NCBI RefSeq assembly: GCF_964213995.1
Contig: NC_135819.1
Location: forward strand, 37,324,001-37,388,000
DNA length: 64,000 bases
Direction: 5' to 3'
Origin: Mustelus asterias
Taxonomy: Eukaryota
Below the pieces are notes generated by a model that searched no databases, was not told the origin of the DNA, and worked only from the letters and a program-made list of their open reading frames with translations. Below, piece after piece: positions 47,585 through 58,698 of this stretch (positions are counted from its first letter, which is position 1; each line of letters opens with the position of its first letter). A program made the position numbers and the translations under genes.

Positions 47585-47914
47585 AATCATAGAATCCCTA
47601 CAGTGCAGAAGGAGGCCATTCGGCCCATCGAGTCTGCACCGACAACAATCCCACCCCGGCCCTATCCCCACAATCCCACACATTTACCCCACTAATCCCT
47701 CTCATCTACACATCCTGAGACACCGAGGGACAATTTAGCATGATCAACCAACCTAACCCGCACATCTTTGGACTGTGGGAGGAAACCGGAGCATCCGGAG
47801 GAAACCCACACAGACACGGGGAGAATGTGCAAACTCCATACAGTCACCCAAGCCGGCAGTCGAACCCAGGTCCCTAGAGCTGTGAGGCAGCAGTGCTAAT
47901 CACCATGCCGTCCC
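47585..47914 (-). mobile_element. HE1 V-SINE, tail type B
   Basis: Head, V domain, tail B. Confidence 0.9.
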
Positions 47915-48179
47915 TTCTCAACAGGATCTACTCCAGCTCTTACCATCATTTACATGCTGATGAAAGGTTTTTGGGTCCCTTTATAGTGACTGCCATCCTA
48001 TTCTCTACTGTCCCTTTGTCAGCCTTACCTTCTTCTTCACCTCCCCTCTCAGCATGCTGTTTTTGACCAGGTTTGCACTTGAAGAGCTCAACTGACATGC
48101 ATCATACATCCTCCTTTTTTGTTTTGCCAAGATTCCCATCTGCTTCTCATCATCCAAGGAGCCCTGTTATTAGGCTCTT

Positions 48180-48528
48180 TTTTTGTATCTATTCATGGGA
48201 CGTGGGCTGACCAGCATTTATTGCCCATTCCTAGTTGCCCTTGGAGGACAATTGAGAGTTAACCACATTGCTGTGGCTCTGGAGTCACATGTAGGCCAGA
48301 CCAGGTAAGGACGGCAGATTTCCTTCCCTAAAGGACATTAGTGAACCAGATAGGTTTTTCTGACAATCGACAATGATTTCATGGTCATTAGTCGAGTCTT
48401 AATTCCAGATATCTTTTATTCAAATTCCACCACCTGCCATGGCAGGATTGGAACCTGGGTCCCCAGAACATTAACTGAGCTTCTGGATTATTAGTCTAGT
48501 GATAATACCACGAGGCCATCACCTCCCC
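48180..48528 (-). mobile_element. Second copy of the 47180 SINE family, inverted
   Basis: ggcagatttccttccctaaaggacattagtgaacc is the reverse complement of 47358-47392. Confidence 0.75.
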
Positions 48529-49739
48529 TTCTGAAAGACTGCACCTTTAATCTTACCAGACAGAAATGGCGGTAAACATGTGTGGGGGAGGTTGGGGCAC
48601 GATTTGAGGAGGGGCGGGGGTGGAGGTTGTTTTGCTTTACCCCAACCCTAAAACACTCTCACAGAGTCTGCCGGAGTTTCCTGGCAAATGTCGTTTTCAA
48701 ACCAGCATGTAGAAAATCACAAAAATTCGATTGATGTTAAACAGAACTCATACTTAAGGTTCCTTATTCTGCTCTGCAACTTGGTCAAGTTTCAGGCAAA
48801 TTGAAGGAACAGAGCCTCCAGGCCACTTGTCGGGTTTTTTTTGTTACAGTGGGAGTTTATGAACCTTTTTTACAGGTAATGTTAACCACATTTACAATTA
48901 AAGATAATTTTTTTTCACAAGGAGAAATCACCACTTCATCGCCATAAGAGTTCACCATGGGTTTGGACAATGGATGTTCTTAGCCTTTTCAAAGTAAGAA
49001 TTGGCCAGTTCCTAACCACAAGTGTTCAGCACTTTTCACAGTTAGATTTCAACCCTTCCCAGAATTAAAATTCACCAGTTTTCACAGTCAAATTTATTCT
49101 CTTCTTAGAGTAAATTGTGAATCATTTTTACAGGGAGTGTTCATTACTTCATGGTAAGAGATTATTACGTTTCCCATTCTAAGTTCATCACTTTTTAAAA
49201 TAAGAATTGATGATTTTTTAAGTGAATCCAACAATGCACGATGAGATGTCACTTCTTACAGTACATTCTTTTGCTCAGACTTCAAGACATTTTACAGCGA
49301 GAGTTCATCACTTTAAAAAAAATCTTTGTTTTTTAGATGTAAGCTTTCTGCATTTAAAGTTAAATTCCCCTGAGCGTCAAAGTTAATCACATTTTATGGT
49401 GAGCTCAATACTTTTTACAGTGAGCATTCAACATATTCGAAAGTTAAACAAAAATGTAATGAGTGATTATAACACAGGAATATATAAGCTATTGCGCTGG
49501 AAGCCAGCCTTGCTCATTAAACCAGGCATTTCCCTCAAATCAAAAGAACGAGCTTGGTCGGTTTCCGCAAATTGCATCTAAAACCATTGAAATGTTATGG
49601 TGAAACAAATAAGAGAAACAAATAAACTAGCTGTTCATTTTTATCCCTCTTTCCAGCGCCTGGTCTGTAGCCTTGTAGGCTGTTTGCAAACCTTTGCGGA
49701 GAATCTTCAAATTAAGTTTGCTTTTTCAGATTCAAGTTT

Positions 49740-50517
49740 TTTTTATTCATTCGTGGGACATGGGTGTCGCTGGCTGGCCAGCATTTATTGCCCATTCCTA
49801 ATTGCCCTTGAGAAGGTGGTGGCGAGCTGCCTTCTTAAATTGCTTCAGTCAATGTGCTGTGGGTTGACCCACAATGCCATTAAAGGTGGAATTCCAGGAT
49901 TTTGACCCAGCGAAGGAACGGCAATATAATTCCAAGGCAGGATGGTGAGTGACTTGGAGGGAGACTTGCAGGCGGAGGTGTTCCTCCAAATGCAAGTTCC
50001 TGCTGCCCTTGTCCTTCTAGATGGAAGTGGTTGTGGGGTTGGGAGGTGCTGAGTACGGATCTTCAGTGAATTGCTGCAGTGCACCTTGTAGATAGTACAC
50101 GCTGCTACTGAACGTCGATAGTGGAGGGAGTGGATGTTGGTAGATGTGGTGCCAATCAGCAGGCTGCTTTGTCTTGGATGGTGTCGAGCTTCCTGAGTGT
50201 CATTGGAGCTGCACCCATCCAGGCGAGTGGGGAGTATTCCATCACACTCCTGACTTGTGCCTTGTAGATGGTGGATAGGCTTTTGGGCGTCAGGAGATGA
50301 GTTACACTCTGCAGTATTCCTAGCCTCTGACCTGCTCTTGTAATGACTGTGTTTGTGGGGTGAGTCCAGTTGAGTTTCTGGTCAATGGTAACCCCAAGGT
50401 TGTTGACAGGGGGGGATTCAGTGATGGTTGCACCATTGAATGTCAAGGGGCGGTGATCAGAGTGCCTCTTATTGGTGCTGGTCATTGCCTGGTATTTGTG
50501 TGGTGAGAATGTTACTC
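49740..50517 (-). mobile_element. CR1-group (L2/Crack-like) LINE 3' fragment
   Basis: LGVTIDQKLNW..YKAQVRSVMEYSPLAWMGAAP. Confidence 0.8.
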
Positions 50518-51094
50518 AAGTACAGAAATGAACACATTTTAAACCTTTTTAAGTATTAAAAAACATTTAATTGACGACAAAACTCTTCCTGTTAAGGGTG
50601 ATGAGCTCTTACTGTCACTATTGATTAACTTTCGTAGTAAAAAGTGTTGAACTCTCTCTGTAAAACATGATAAACTCTCATTGGTAAATGTAATTAACTT
50701 GAACTGAAAAAAGCTGATGAACCTTCACTGTAAAAAGTGATGAATTCTCACAATCAATCACTTTCCATTGCAAGAGTTGATCACATTTCACAGCAGGAGT
50801 TCACTTTTTACAGAGATTATCACTGCTCACAGTCAAAGATCATCAAATTTACAATTAAGTTTCATCACAGTTTTCATGACTTTTTATAGTTCAGTTTCTG
50901 CACTTTTCCTTGTCAGAGTTCTTCCTCTCGTCTCTTTATCACTTTTTATGGTCAAGTTAATCACTTTCACTGCAAGTGTTAATCACTTTCCAGTGTGTGA
51001 CTTAATCTCTTTTCACAAGACTAGTCATCATGTTTCGCAGCTAACATAACCATTTTTAACATTGATATAAAAATTGAACAGGCTGTGGCTTTTT

Positions 51095-51393
51095 TCTCTA
51101 CAAGAGAGAATACTGTAGGGTCACCTGGTGGATGAGTTAAAGATCATGAAAAGATTCGACAGATTAGATGTAGAGAAGGTACTTCCAGCTGAAGACGAGA
51201 TAAGAACTATGGATCTCAACATAAGAGAGTCATTGATAAATCCAGTGGGAAATTCAGGCAAAACTTCTTTATACTGAGGGTAGCGAGAGTGTGGAAGCCG
51301 CTGCGATGGTATTTGGACTGAACAGCACAGATGCCTTCAAAGGGAAGCTGGATAAACACAAGAAGGAGAAAAGAGTTGAAGGGCATGTTAGAT
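51095..51393 (+). mobile_element. Old CR1 3' fragment
   Basis: aagatcatgaaaagattcgacaga..gccttcaaagggaagctggataaacac. Confidence 0.7.
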
Positions 51394-51617
51394 AGGCCAA
51401 AGAGAATTGGTGAAATGGTGCAACGACAGTAATCTCTCCCTCAGGGTCAGTAAAACGAAGGAGATAGCCATCAACTTCAGGAAGCATTTTGGAGGACATG
51501 CCTCTGTCTACAGCAATGGGAATAAAGTGAAAATGATCGAAAGCTTCAAGCTTCTAGGTCTCCAGATCACCAACAACCAGCCCTGGTCCCTTCATGCTGA
51601 CACTATAGTTAAGAAAT

Positions 51618-52136
51618 GATGTGGAGATGCTGGTGTTGGACTCGGGTGGGCACAGTAAGAAGTCTCACAACACCAGGTTAAAGTCCAACAAGTTTATTTG
51701 GTATCTCGAGTTTTCGGAGTGCTGCTCCTTCGTCAGGTGATACCAAATAAACCTGTTGGACTTTAACTTAGGATCTTAGAAACCCTACAGCACAGAAAGA
51801 GGCCATTCAGCCCATCGAGTCTGCACCGACCACAATCCCACCCAGCCCTACCCCCATATCCCTAGATATTTACCCACTAATCCCTCTAACCTACGCATCC
51901 CAGGACACTAAGGGCAATCTTTTTTTTTAGCATGGCCAATCAACCTAACCCGCACATCTTTGGACTGTGGGAGGAAACCGGAGCACCTGGAGGAAACCCA
52001 TGCAGACACGAGGAGAATGTGCAAACTCCACACAGACAGTGACCCAAGCCAGGAATCGAACCCAGGTCCCTGGAGCTGTGAAGCAGCAGTGCTAACCACT
52101 GTGCTACCGTGCCGCCCTGGTGTTGTGAGACTTCTT
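51618..52136. mobile_element. Penelope terminal repeat (minus) with short inverted copy, interrupted by HE1
   Basis: Minus cacCTGACGAaggagcagcactccGAAA; plus copy taccaaataaacctgttggactttaac|ctggtgttgtgagacttctt; flanks atagttaagaaa / ataattgagaaa. Confidence 0.8.
51770..52117 (-). mobile_element. HE1 V-SINE, tail type B
   Basis: Full length; nested in the PLE. Confidence 0.9.
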
Positions 52137-52961
52137 ATAATTGAGAAAGTCCACCAGCACCTCTATGTTCTCAGGAAGCTGAGGAAATTCGGCATGTCAG
52201 CCACGACTCTAACCAATTTTTACAGATGCATCATAGAAAGCATTCTTTCTGGATGTATCACATCATGGTATGGTTCCTGCTCAGTCCACAAAACAGAAGA
52301 TCACAAAAACTAAAAAGGGTCGTGAACAAAGCCTAGTCTATCACACAAACCATTGATTCCGTCTCCACTTCCCGCTGTCTCGGAAAAGCAGCAGCATAAT
52401 CAAGGATCCCACACACCCCGGACATACTCTCTTCCACCTTCTTCCATTGGAAAAAGTCTGAGATCACATACCAACCGACTCAAGAAAGCTTCTTCCCTAC
52501 TGCCTTCAGAATGGACCTACTTTTTATTAAGATGATCTTTCTCTACCCCCTAGCTATTAATGCAACACTACAATCTGCACCCTCTTCTTTACTTCTCCTC
52601 TATGTACTCTTTGAACAGTATGCTTTGTCTGTATGATGCACAAGAAACAATACTTTTCACTGAATCCCAATGCCTGTGACAATAATAAATCAAATTAAAC
52701 AAGATTGGATAATGAGATGTCGGAAGAGTTTCATCTGGAGTATCAATTCCAGCATAGACTCGATGAGCCAGATAACCTGTTTCTGTTCTGTAAAGTTAAT
52801 CACGTTTCCAGGGAACGTTTGTTACATTTTATAGCAAGTGTTTCTCACTATTTACTTGGAAAATATCATCACGTTTCACAGTTAAAGCAAACACGTCTTG
52901 CATTTAAACTTCATCACTTCTCAGTTCTTACAGTTAAAAGGTATATTTTTATATGTTGTGA

Positions 52962-53042
52962 GTTTATATGTGGTAACCATGTGGTTTATATGTGGTAACC
53001 ATGTGGTTTATATGTGGTAACCATGTGGTTTATATGTGGTAA
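52962..53042. repeat. 22-bp tandem repeat, ~3.6 copies
   Basis: (gtttatatgtggtaaccatgtg)n, perfect. Confidence 0.95.
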
Positions 53043-53189
53043 TGAAGAATTACTTCTTTAGTAAGAGTTAATTCTTTTACCAGCGAAATCCAGAGGAAAG
53101 GCAGGGTGACATCACGCAATGTCACTTTTGGGGCTTTGACACCTATACGCACCTCCAGGCCTGTGAAATTTCCCCAAACAGCCAGTAGA

Positions 53190-53535
53190 AATTCATAGTA
53201 TCATAGCATCCCTACAGTGCAGAAGGAGCCCATTCAGCCTATCCAGTCTGCACTGACTCTCCGACAGAGCATCTTATCCAGGTCCAAACCCGCCCTATCC
53301 CATAACCCTATGCACATACCCCGCTAATCCACCTAACCAAATCTGTGGACACCAAGGGGCAATTCACTATGGCCAATCCACCTAACCTGCACATCCTTCA
53401 GATTGTGGGAGGAAACCGGAGGAAACCCACGCAGACAAGGGGATAAACGTGCAAACTCCACACAGTTAGTCTTCCAAGGTCGGTATCGAACCCAGGTCCC
53501 TGGCACTGTGGGGCAGCAGTGCCACCGTGTCACCC
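53190..53535 (-). mobile_element. HE1 V-SINE, tail type B
   Basis: V domain and tail B. Confidence 0.85.
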
Positions 53536-53586
53536 ATAAATTTGCCAGCAACTAATTTGTGAGTTGTTGATTAACTCCTTAAATGT

Positions 53587-53894
53587 GGGCAGCGTGGTGG
53601 CACAGTGGTTAGCACTGCTGCCTCACTGCTCCAGGGACCCGGCTTTGATTCCCAACTTGGGTCACTGTCTGTGTGGAGTTTACACATTCTCACCGTGTCT
53701 GCGTGGGTTTCCTCCGGGTTCTCCGGTTTTCTCCCACAGTCTGAAAGATGTGCTGGTTAGGTGCATTGGCCATGCTAAATTCTCCCTCGGTGTACCCGAA
53801 CAGGAGTGTGGCGACTAGGGGATTTTCACAATAACTTCACTGCAGTGTTAATGTAAGCATACTTGTGACACTAATAAATAAACTTAAACTTAAA
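53587..53894 (+). mobile_element. V-SINE, tail type A, full length
   Basis: Head, V domain, tail A; 3' flank shared with the 36190 copy. Confidence 0.9.
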
Positions 53895-54779
53895 TATTGC
53901 TGGTATGTGGGGGACTGTGTGATGCTGAATGTCTCTTCAGCTATGTGCATTTGAACATAGAGTGGTGAGGTCCAAAATGGCAACAGTGACACTAAATGAG
54001 CACTGACTAATGTCATGATGAGCCATACACTGGAGCACACTTGTAATGTGCTTACCAAGGTGGTGTTTGGTACAGACCACACCAGCATTGAGCAGTAGAT
54101 GCCACTTTCATCATAAACAGCCACATCGCTGAAAATCCTGGGCAATGGAGTCAGATTTTGCAGCCTATTGACTTTCGCTAAAAGTGTTCATCATTTATGA
54201 CAGCGAGATTCCATCATTTTTTTTTTACAGGGAAAATTCACCACTGATCACAGTGAGAGATAAAACATTTTCAAGTGAGAGTTCATCACTTTTCACCATA
54301 AGAATTCATCGATTTTCACAATGAGAGTTCCTCCGTTTTTACAGTTAAATAAACACTCTTTACTATTAAATTTCATGACTTTTTTTCAAATAACATTCAT
54401 CACTTTTGACAGTTGGAATTCATCCCTTTCCACAGTTTAACAATCACATTTTACAGCTAATGTTCGTCACCTTTTAAATTGAGAGTTCGTCACTTATATT
54501 TCGAAATTAGATTGGCTGACATTGGATCAGCACGTGAGGTCAATTATGCTTTCTACTGTAGATGACCACAGGGAACATGGACTGGGCTTTTGCTGCCAAC
54601 AACAGGTTGGTCCAGATAACTGACAGGTCTATTGTCACTTCTGGTTATCTTGTACCTCTTAGTTTACACTCAGATGGAGGTTTCGTCGCCATCATCTGCA
54701 CTCAGACACCAGCTTTAAGAGCGAATGCCAAAGACAAAGAACATTTCTACAATGCTCGAGATGGAATTTAACCCTGAAA

Positions 54780-55293
54780 AGGGAGGATGTGATTGCACTG
54801 GAGAGGTTGCAGAGGAGATTCACTGGGATGCTGCCTGGGATGGAACATTTAAGTTATGAAGAGAGGTTGGATACGCCTAGGTTGTTTTCATTGGAGCAGA
54901 GAAGACTGAGGGGTGACCTGATCGAAGTGTACAAGATTATGAGGGGCATGGACAGTGTGAATAGGAAGTAGCTGTTCCCCTTAGTTGAAAGGTCAGTCAC
55001 GAGGGGATATTGGTTCAAGGTGAGGGGCAGGAAGTTTGGGTGGGGTGGTGTGAGGAAAAGCTTTTTTACCCAGAGGTTGGTGATAATCTGGAATGTGTTG
55101 CCTAGGAGGGTGGTAGAGGCGAGTTGCCTCACATCCTTTAAAAAGTACCTGGGTGAGCACTTGGCATGTCATAACATTCAAGGCTATGGGCCAAGTGCTG
55201 GTAAATGGGATTAGGTGGGAAATCAGGTGCTTCTCGTGTGCCGGTGCAGACTCAATGGACTGAAGGGCCTCTTCTGCACTGTATGATTCTATG
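54780..55293 (+). mobile_element. CR1 (HER1-like) 3' fragment
   Basis: IALERLQRRFTGMLPG..RLRGDLIEVYKIM; tail cttctgcactgtatgattctatg. Confidence 0.9.
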
Positions 55294-55296
55294 ACA

Positions 55297-55452
55297 TTCT
55301 GGAAAATCTGTCACATGAAGAAAATTTAATTATCCTGAGGGACTTAAAAGCAGGAGTCTGTGTATCAGACAAAGTTTCTTGCCAAATGTGCCTTGGTCGC
55401 CATGGCATTGGCAAATTGAATTGGAAGTGGACAGTAACTGCTAGAACTTTGT
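55297..55452 (+). mobile_element. RTE-type AP endonuclease fragment
   Basis: LIILRDLKAGV..CLGRHGIGKLN..GQ*LLELC resembles LGDFNARVG..HGIGKMNENGQRLLELC. Confidence 0.6.
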
Positions 55453-55479
55453 CCACCACCTGAACAGGCCAATTGGATA

Positions 55480-56125
55480 CCACTTTAGACCTACACGTTC
55501 TAGTTTTGGACTCCACCACCCTGGGGAAAAGATTTTGGCCATTCACCTTATCTTTGCTCCTCATGATTTTATAAACCTCTATAAGGTCACCCCTCACCCT
55601 CCTACACTCCAGGGAAAAAGTCCCAGCCTATTGAGTCTCTTCTTAAAATTCAAACCTTCCAGTCCCGGTAATAACCTTGCAAATCTTTTTGTACCCTTTC
55701 CAGTTTAATAACATCCTTCCAAAGCAGGGCTATCAGAATTGTACGCAGTATTCCGAAGATGGCTTTAGCAATGTCTTGTACATTTGGAACATAACATCCT
55801 AACTTCTTTTGTAACATAACATCCTAACATTTGTAACATAGCATCCTAACTTAAATGCTCTGACTGGTGAAGGCAAGTGTGCCAAATGCCTTCACTACTC
55901 TGTCTACCTATGATGCCACTTTTTCAAGGAACTATGTACCTGCAACCCTAGGCCTGTTGGTTCAGCAACACTCCCCAGGGCCTTACCATTAACTGTGTAA
56001 GTCTGGACCTGGTTTTTCTTACCAAAATGCAACCCCTCACATTTATCTGAATTAAACTCCATCTGTCATTTCTCGGCCCACTGGCCTAGTTGATCAAGAT
56101 CCCTTTGTAGTCTTAGATAAGCCTC
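55480..56125 (-). mobile_element. CR1 fragment
   Basis: MRGDLIEVYKIM..LFPRVVESKTR. Confidence 0.85.
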
Positions 56126-56630
56126 CCTGAGGAAGGGTTGAATAATGTTCCTGCAGGAACAGGAGATGTGATCGGCACTGATGCACCTTTACAGGTTGAG
56201 AGTCCGATTTGTGGAAATGAAACTGGATCTGCCCCTGTTGATGAGGCACTTCCTGTTGAGCTGCGTTGCCCCAAAAGGGAGTGGAAATCCTCTGGTAGAC
56301 TGACTTTATAATAGACTGTGCTAAAGAATTAATTAATGGTGTAATGTAAATAGTTAAACTTTTAATGGCATATGTTAGTAAAGGACCGAAAGGGGGAGGG
56401 ATGTAGTTGCGAGCCCCTTTTAGGCATGAGGTTTCAGAGGATCATGTGACCCATTCAGCCATTGGACCGGAACACCCAAATCCTGGGGCTGAACATGGGC
56501 TGTCCCAGGCAGTTTAGAAACTAGAAATAAAATAATGGGTAGTATCTTTCTCACTCCCTACATGTTGCTGTTAATAAATAGTTCTTTTGTTACTCCATTT
56601 GATGGTCATCACTTGTTCCAAGATATTACA
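56126..56630 (+). mobile_element. Gypsy 3' end: pol C-terminus, PPT and LTR (56402-56630)
   Basis: LRCPKREWKSSGRLTL*; PPT aaagggggaggga directly before TGTAG; AATAAA; ends ttaCA. Confidence 0.75.
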
Positions 56631-57760
56631 AGACTGACCCAGAAGGTGAGATCTCAGTGGATTGAGGATAGAGTCCTAGATTGGATTAAGGATTGGCTGA
56701 CTGACAGAAAGCAGAGGGTCCGGGATAAATGGGTCCTTCTCTGGCTGGCAAAATGTAACTCGCGGGGTGCCGCAGGGGTCAGTCCTCGTTCCTCAACTGT
56801 TTATAATCTATATAAATGATCTGCAAGCAGGGACAGAGTGTAACATCGCAAAATTTGTGGATGATACTAAAATAGGTGGGAAAGCAGGCAGTGAAGAGGA
56901 TATAAAGATTCTACAGACGGATATAGATAGAGAAGGAGAATGGGCCAAAATTTGGCAGCTGGAGTTTAATGTGGATAAGTGTGAGGTTATCCATTTTGGC
57001 AGAAATTATTTCCTTAATGGAAAGCAGATTCAAAATGCGTCCGGGCAGGGGTATCTGGGTGTCAATGTTCATGAATCATAGAAAGTCAGTATGTAGGTGG
57101 AGCATGTAATAAAAAAGGCAAATGGGATGTTGGCATTTATTGAAAGGGACAGGAGTATAAAAGTAGAGAAGTGTTGTTGCAAATGTATAGGGTGTTGGTG
57201 AGAACACATCTGGAGTATTGTGTCCAGTTTTGGTCTCCTTATTTGAGGAAGGATGTGGTGGCATTGGAGGCAGTTCAGAGGAGGTTCACCAGATTGATTC
57301 CGGGGATAAAGGGGTTGACGTATGAGGAGAGATTAAACGGTTTGGGCTTGTACTCACTAGAGTTTAGAAGGATGAGAGGGGATCTGATCAAGGTATATAA
57401 AATTTTAAAAGGGATTGATGAAGTAAATGTGGACGAAATGTTTCTTCTTATGGGGCAATCTGGACGAGGGTCACAGGTATAGGTTGAGAGGCGGTAGATT
57501 TAAAACTGAGATGAGGAGGAACTGCTTCTTGCAGAAGGTGGTGAATTTGTGGAACTCGTTGCCCCATAGCGCGGTGGAGTCTGAATCATTAAATGGTTTC
57601 AAGAAGGAGATAGATATATTTCTAATAAAAAAAAGGGAAAGAGAGATATGCAGAACAGGTGGGGAGGTGGATTTGAGAGATCAGCCATTATCTGAATGGC
57701 GGATCAGGCTCAAAGGTCTGAATTTGCCCACTTCTGCTCCTAATTCCTACATTCCTATGA
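56631..57760 (+). mobile_element. CR1 LINE 3' 1.1 kb including RT
   Basis: GVPQGSVLVPQLFIIYINDL..KFVDDTK..LVRTHLEYCVQFWSPY. Confidence 0.95.
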
Positions 57761-58044
57761 ACCATCATTTATTGCTCAGAGAATCCATCAATTTATACAC
57801 TGAAAATCCATCATTTTTTACACTGAGAATCCATCACCTTTTAGACTGAGAATCAATCACTTACACTGCGAATACATCACTCTTACACTCAGTATCTGTC
57901 ACTTTTTACATTGACAATTCATCGGTTTTTATACTGAGAACTTGTCATTTTTTACACTGAGACTCTCACATTTTACACTGAGAATTCACCACAGAAATGA
58001 TAACTTCTTACACTGAGAATTCATCACCTTGGGAAAAATAATCT

Positions 58045-58255
58045 GAATATCTACTTTATCCATGCTTCTTATAATTTTGTAAACTTTTATCTGGTTACCC
58101 TTCAGCCTCCGACAGTCAAATGACAACTAACCTAGCTTGTCCAATCTCTCCTCATAGGTAATACCGTCCAAACCAGGCAACATCCTAATAAACCTTTTCT
58201 GTTCTCTCACCAAAGCCTCCAAATCCTTCTGGTAGTGTGGTGACCAGAACTGTGC
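58045..58255 (-). mobile_element. CR1 fragment
   Basis: Minus: VLVTTLPEGFGGFGENRKGLLGCCLV region is a frameshifted QFWSPHY..ALE..QKRF motif. Confidence 0.6.
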
Positions 58256-58259
58256 GCCT

Positions 58260-58698
58260 CTCCAGAGGCTTTTTAGAAAGTTTCAGGATTAGGAGGCCTC
58301 AGAGTTTTAATCCAGCATTGAAAGATTCATTTCATAGCAGACGCTAAAAAGCTGCAAAATCCAGCATTGCATGAGCATACTTTCTATTTGTGCCAATCTA
58401 GAAAGTGATGTATGTTTTTTGGGTATTGTTTAACTTGGAACATCATAGTTAGTTAGCTGTTAAGGTTTATATTATATCGTGTTTGATTCTTGAAATTGGT
58501 AAAAGTTATGCTAATTATTTTTGTTATACTCTAACTGTGTTCTTAAATAAACTTTGTTTGATAAAAGCTTCCTAGTGGGTCACTTGAATCATACTTGGAA
58601 TGAAACACCTCAGGCTTACCCATGCAAAATCCAATGTAAAACCTAGTGTCTAGGCTAACTTCATAAAACACCTTGGAGTTCTGCCCTGGGTCATAGCA
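58260..58698 (+). mobile_element. Partial LTR, same family as 62208-62883
   Basis: Shares ttcttaaataaactttgtttgataaaagcttcctagtgggtcacttgaa with 62738-62786. Confidence 0.7.

Larger units (their letters stand above)
51394..52700 (+). mobile_element. Rex1/Babar-like LINE 3' half with nested PLE and HE1
   Basis: LVKWCNDSNLSLRVSKTKEI..FKLLG..; LRKLRKFGMS..FYRCIIESILSGCITSWYG; tail tgtgacaataataaatcaaa. Confidence 0.85.

Noticed and set aside
55789-55851. Triplicated aacataacatcctaac motif
   Set aside because: Simple slippage duplication inside a CR1 fragment
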